A program made the position numbers and the translations under genes. Shown in pieces: positions 59,712 through 64,000 of a DNA stretch of 64,000 bases. The stretch lies in NCBI GenBank assembly GCA_965261085.1, contig OZ253442.1, forward strand, positions 544,001 to 608,000, in the 5' to 3' direction. Position 1 is the first letter of the stretch. Every line of letters begins with the position of its first letter. The DNA comes from a bacterium (GTDB taxonomy: Bacteria > UBA8248). The notes beneath the pieces are model-generated. The model had not been told where the DNA came from and searched no databases. It saw nothing but the letters and a program-made list of their open reading frames with translations.

Positions 59712-60149
59712 ATGCCTAAGCGCAAAGGCAACAACCCTAAACGTAGGATTGCGCCAAAAAATAAAATCGCCTCGGACATGCTGGATCGGTATGCGGATCA
59801 AACTTGCTATACCGGTAGTCCTCTCCACAAACGAAATGCCGCTGACTATGGTTTTCATCCGCCAACGAACCCGCGCCCGAACAAGTCATTGTGCGACGGT
59901 AACAGGAAAGTTTTGCTTAATGAAGCAAGATGTCTCTTTCAGGAAGATATAAACCGAGGCATGGTTAGCACTTATTCTGAGGATGGATTGCCCAAATATG
60001 TTTGGGCGGTGGACTCAGATGGACGTGTATTTGAAGCGAAACGTGAGCGGAACAGCCGAAATTATCATGGCTACGAACTTGGAGACGATGAAGAAGCTAT
60101 GAGAAAAATGGTGCTCAGGGAATGGGGATTTAGATGCCCGGCGAACTAA
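59712..60149 (+). CDS. Hypothetical basic protein, possible toxin/RNase
   Basis: AT-richer ORF; GSPLHK, PKYVWAV, VFEA, YHGY motifs; overlaps the next gene. Confidence 0.6.
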   Translation: MPKRKGNNPKRRIAPKNKIASDMLDRYADQTCYTGSPLHKRNAADYGFHPPTNPRPNKSLCDGNRKVLLNEARCLFQEDINRGMVSTYSEDGLPKYVWAVDSDGRVFEAKRERNSRNYHGYELGDDEEAMRKMVLREWGFRCPAN

Positions 60150-61498
60150 CCGTTTCGCTCTCCTGCGAAAAACTCGATACCGGAACGACTGAGGAACGCG
60201 CGACGTTCGGTCTTTTTGCGATGACGGCGAATGAACGCTTATTGACTGCAGGTGAAGACACCTGCCGGAAGGAACTTCGCCATGGCCCGCACGTTTCCGG
60301 CTATCCCATCGCTGAATGGATCGTGTGGAACTGGTGGCGACTTCGCTGGGAGGGAAAGGTAGGACGTCCGTCGGATGAAAACGCTGCAAACCGCTGGGAC
60401 TTCGCGCATCGGATGTCGACCATCGGCGAAGGCTATGCGTGGCCCAACATTACTATTTTCTCAGATGGAGTCAATTCCTTCCTAACCTCCGAGCCTTCTA
60501 GAAGCCCGGAAACAACATTATTTCATTACATCGGAGCTGAACGCCAAAGGGTTCCAGCAGAAAACCTGCAAACAGCTTTTGACGGATTCGTAAATGATAT
60601 CCTGGACAGGCTTGAGGAGGCGAAGGTTCGTGAAACCAACCTCCATCGTCTGTGGAACGATCTGAGAGAGGAAAGAGAAAACCCTGGACTTGCGCGATTC
60701 CGGCGGCTGGAAGCGCAACTTGGCTTCGAGCCAGACGAGGCCGACGAGGTTGCTATACACCGCCATCTCGACGACGCGACGATGCTGGGAGAAGAAGCAT
60801 TGGGTGAAATCGCTGCCGATGCAACATTTGATGATGACGCTCTGAATGCCATGATGTCGGCGATAGACTTCACAAACATCGGGAAACAGAATGGTTTCGA
60901 GGCCAACTCGAACGACGCGATTGCTTTAGGCAATGCGCCGGACATGCCGCAGCTAGGGCAGGTCGAAGCATGGCGCTTGGGAGAGCTTTTTGCAAAAGAA
61001 ATTCGTGATCAGGAAAATCTGGATGGCTTACCAATTTCCAATGATGTCCTTACCAGCTTCGCGGGAAGCGCGAGTGATGTGATTGCAGGAAAAAACGGAC
61101 TTTCGCACAAAATATCTTTTGCGCTGGACGGAGAAAACGACTACATACGTGTGTATCTTCGTTCGAAATGGGAAACGGGTCGGCGCTTCGAGCTCGCCCG
61201 CCTGATCGGCGATCGGATAATTCGCAAACAAATGAACAGGCCCTACGAACGACTCTTCCCCGCGACACGCGCTTTCAGCTATCGGCAGAAAATGCAGCGC
61301 GCATTTGCCGCGGAACTTCTAAGTCCGTTCGTCTTCGTAAAAGAGGTGATGGGCGGCGATTATTCCGAGGAAAACCAAAATGAAGTCGCGGATTACTTCA
61401 CCGTATCACCAATGACGATTCAGACCCAGTTGGTGAATCACGGCCTTGTTGACCGAGATGATGCCCCGGAGATTGTCAATCGCTCCCCTTATCCATGA
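60134..61498 (+). CDS. Hypothetical protein with degenerate C-terminal IrrE/ImmA-like domain
   Basis: RRFELARLIGD (cf. RFTxAHELGH), QRAFAAELLSP, VADYFTVS. Confidence 0.65.
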   Translation: MPGELTVSLSCEKLDTGTTEERATFGLFAMTANERLLTAGEDTCRKELRHGPHVSGYPIAEWIVWNWWRLRWEGKVGRPSDENAANRWDFAHRMSTIGEGYAWPNITIFSDGVNSFLTSEPSRSPETTLFHYIGAERQRVPAENLQTAFDGFVNDILDRLEEAKVRETNLHRLWNDLREERENPGLARFRRLEAQLGFEPDEADEVAIHRHLDDATMLGEEALGEIAADATFDDDALNAMMSAIDFTNIGKQNGFEANSNDAIALGNAPDMPQLGQVEAWRLGELFAKEIRDQENLDGLPISNDVLTSFAGSASDVIAGKNGLSHKISFALDGENDYIRVYLRSKWETGRRFELARLIGDRIIRKQMNRPYERLFPATRAFSYRQKMQRAFAAELLSPFVFVKEVMGGDYSEENQNEVADYFTVSPMTIQTQLVNHGLVDRDDAPEIVNRSPYP

Positions 61499-61516
61499 TT
61501 GCCTGAACCATCCCCC

Positions 61517-62689
61517 CTACCTCCCCTTCTCCACCAACTCCCACTTGCCCTTTCGCACGCGCACCAGGGCGAGGGAGTCGGCATCGAGCCCGTTGTGGTC
61601 GTTTTTGGAGAAGCCGTAAGTTCCGTTCAGTCCCGTAAAATACTGCGTGTCTTCTATGGCGCTGGGGATTCGCGCCCGGTTCGCGCCCACGCCCCGCACC
61701 GCCCACGCCAAAAGGCGCAGCGCGTCGGCGGCGGCGGCGGCCGTCTCGCCCGGCGCGCTCTTGTATTTTTTCCGGTATTCGGCCCGAAACGTCATCAGAT
61801 CCTCCCTGGCGGGGTGGGATTCACTCAACAGGTGCGCCGCCGTGATCCAGGAGGCGGGTAACACCACGCCCTCGGCGGCCCGGCTCCCTTTTTTCGAGTC
61901 GAACAATCCCGGAGACGCATGAGAGACGTAGAGGGGCATCTCGAGGTCGAGCGCCGCGCGGGCGCGCACCAGGTCCACGCGAGACCCCCCGTGCGCCCAG
62001 TGCACGAAGCCCCCGACGCCGCGCAGGGAGGCTCGCTTCAAAATGGGCAGAAAATTATGCTCGCCCGGCTTGAAGGATTCGTTCAAGAGGATGGACACAC
62101 CGAATTCGGGCGCGAGCGCGGTGAGCTGCTCCCGCCCTTCCGTGCCGTAGCCCAGGGAGGAGCCCAGCATCGCCGCGCGCTTGACCCCCCTGCGCATCAG
62201 GTGGCTCAGTATCGCCCGGACGGGCAGGGCCGCCGGGATCGCGGTGGAAAACACCCACTTGCGCGGCGGAACGAGAATTTCCTCGGGCGCGGCCAGGGAG
62301 AAAAGCGGCACTTTCTCCTCTTCCGCCGCGCGAGCCGCAGCGATGGCGGCGTAATGCTCGGTGGGCCCTATCACAACGACGGCTTTGTGTTTGCGCGCCA
62401 GTTCGCGGACGGCAGCGGCGGCGGCTTCAGGACTCCCCTTGGTGTCGAGGGTGAGGAGAAAGATGCGCCCGCCGGCGACGCCCCTGCGGTTGATTCGCGC
62501 CATTTCAAGTAAAAGCGCGCTGCGGGCCTCCCGGCCTGAAACCGTGTCCGCTCTCGACAGGTTCAACACCAGCCCGACAGTGATCCTGCCCGGCGAAGCC
62601 GCCTCCGCGATCCCCGCGCCGATGCAACAAAAGACCCCCAGCGCCGCCACCCACTTCATGCGCCATCCGTTTTTGATCGCCACGCTCAT
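61517..62689 (-). CDS. Branched-chain amino acid-type ABC substrate-binding protein
   Basis: Signal peptide, INRRG..G..I, LDTKGSPE, VIGP, GLNGTYGFS..DHNG. Confidence 0.85.
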   Translation of the reverse strand: MSVAIKNGWRMKWVAALGVFCCIGAGIAEAASPGRITVGLVLNLSRADTVSGREARSALLLEMARINRRGVAGGRIFLLTLDTKGSPEAAAAAVRELARKHKAVVVIGPTEHYAAIAAARAAEEEKVPLFSLAAPEEILVPPRKWVFSTAIPAALPVRAILSHLMRRGVKRAAMLGSSLGYGTEGREQLTALAPEFGVSILLNESFKPGEHNFLPILKRASLRGVGGFVHWAHGGSRVDLVRARAALDLEMPLYVSHASPGLFDSKKGSRAAEGVVLPASWITAAHLLSESHPAREDLMTFRAEYRKKYKSAPGETAAAAADALRLLAWAVRGVGANRARIPSAIEDTQYFTGLNGTYGFSKNDHNGLDADSLALVRVRKGKWELVEKGR

Positions 62690-62765
62690 GTTCTATCATT
62701 ACCCCGAAACTTAGAGCGCCGTCTTGGGAAACCCTATATACGCTTGATAACGGCTGGCCCGACGC

Positions 62766-63908
62766 ATGTCAAACAAACCGAAAAACAAACCGGCGAACCT
62801 GCGGCTCACCTCCCCGGAGCGGGGGCGATTCAGAAGACGCATATTAAGCTGGTACGACCGGGAGAAAAGAGAGCTTCCCTGGCGCGGGGAGAAAAACCCC
62901 TACCGGATCTGGGTTTCTGAAGCCATGCTCCAGCAAACCCGGGCGGATACCGTCCGGCGGCGCTACCCCGCTTTCATCGAACGGTTTCCCACCCTGGCCT
63001 CCCTGGCCGACGCGCCCCTGGACGCCGTATTGGCCGAATGGCAGGGTCTGGGATATTACGGCCGCGCGAGAAATTTACACCGCGCCGCACAGCAAGTGGT
63101 GAGCAGCGGCGCGATGCCCAAAACGCGCGAGGCGCTGCTGGCTCTGCCGGGGGTCGGCCCCTACATGGCGGGGGCGATCGCCAGCATCGCCTTCGGGGAG
63201 CGTTGCGCGGCTATCGACGGGAACGTCCTGCGTATCATGAGCCGGGTTCTCAACCTCTCGATTCCCATCAGCTCTCCACCCGCCCAAAAAGCCATCGGCG
63301 AGGAAACACAAGCGCTGATTCCGCGCGCAAGACCCGGCGATTTCAACCAGGCGCTGATGGACTTGGGCGCTCGTATCTGCCTGCCCAAAAACCCCGATTG
63401 CGCGATATGCCCCGTGCGCGATATGTGCGCAGGATGCGAAGCCGGAACCCAGAGCGCCCTGCCGGTGAAAACCGCCAAAAAACCACCCGCGCCGGTCACC
63501 GTCTTTCAGTTCCGTGCGGAGCGAAACGGGTTGGTTCTTCTCACCCAAAGAGAAAAAACCGGCCTTTTCGGCGGCATGTGGGAGTTGCCCGGCTTTACGG
63601 AAGAAGGCCACCACGAGAAGGCCGACTCCCGCCGGTTGAGAGCACATTGCGCAAGGCTCCTCGGGCCGGCTTGGCGTCCGGGACGCGAACTCGCCAGAAC
63701 CCAGAGAACGCTCACCCACAGAAAGATATTGTTCATCGTGTATCAGGCGGAAAATTTCGATGGGGAACCGCCGCAAGCGAATCAGGACGGCCTGTTGTGG
63801 GCGTCGGAGGAAGACTTCCGCACGCTTGCCGTCTCCACCGCCCAGCGGGCCGCGTGGCGCGCGGCGAGAAGCGCACTGCTCAATTTGGAGGGAAAACAGG
63901 GCGGATGA
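62766..63908 (+). CDS. mutY: A/G-specific adenine glycosylase
   Basis: LPWR, PYRIWVSE.MLQQT, WQGLGYY.RARNL, LPGVGPY HhH, DGNV, CxxxxxxCxxCxxxxxC Fe-S motif. Confidence 0.95.
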   Translation: MSNKPKNKPANLRLTSPERGRFRRRILSWYDREKRELPWRGEKNPYRIWVSEAMLQQTRADTVRRRYPAFIERFPTLASLADAPLDAVLAEWQGLGYYGRARNLHRAAQQVVSSGAMPKTREALLALPGVGPYMAGAIASIAFGERCAAIDGNVLRIMSRVLNLSIPISSPPAQKAIGEETQALIPRARPGDFNQALMDLGARICLPKNPDCAICPVRDMCAGCEAGTQSALPVKTAKKPPAPVTVFQFRAERNGLVLLTQREKTGLFGGMWELPGFTEEGHHEKADSRRLRAHCARLLGPAWRPGRELARTQRTLTHRKILFIVYQAENFDGEPPQANQDGLLWASEEDFRTLAVSTAQRAAWRAARSALLNLEGKQGG

Positions 63909-63942
63909 TGAAACCCGAGCTGCGCTTTCGGCCTCTTGAAGC

Positions 63943-64000
63943 TTACCGTCCGAAGTGATCGCTCAGATATTCCTCGAGCGTCCTGGGTGAGAGCCCAAAG
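63943..64000 (-). CDS. 3' end of a CDS entering from beyond the window
   Basis: Minus-strand frame ...FGLSPRTLEEYLSDHFGR* ending at TAA 63945-63943. Confidence 0.3.
   Translation of the reverse strand, partial: FGLSPRTLEEYLSDHFGR

Overview
A GC-rich bacterial chromosome segment. The split F0F1 operon with b/b' and the isc-hsc cluster resemble Deltaproteobacteria/Nitrospinota-like lineages, which is an inference only. Housekeeping blocks are atpF'FHAGDC, iscRSUA-hscBA-fdx-iscX, trxB, pncB, nrnA, engB, rsmI and mutY. Catabolic and transport genes include two tandem TPP-dependent E1 alpha/beta pairs, two FAH, two LLM, two CaiB/BaiF, two crotonases, MmgE/PrpD and peptide ABC components. There is one intact IS1182-family element with terminal IRs and a 5-bp target duplication, REP/REPIN-like repeats, and several AT-richer accessory islets. 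The most striking observation is missed by the ORF track: two translationally coupled minus-strand genes (38877-38339), each with an in-frame TGA exactly at a Cys position of a CxxC motif and followed by a SECIS-like hairpin. They encode a UxxC glutaredoxin-like protein and a tandem LysW-like zinc-ribbon protein with CxxU, upstream of trxB. Other candidates are an ABC-ATPase plus nuclease-like pair bracketed by a duplicated FGE-family gene, and a toxin-like protein paired with a degenerate IrrE/ImmA-like protein. All calls come from reading motifs by eye; no database searches were run.
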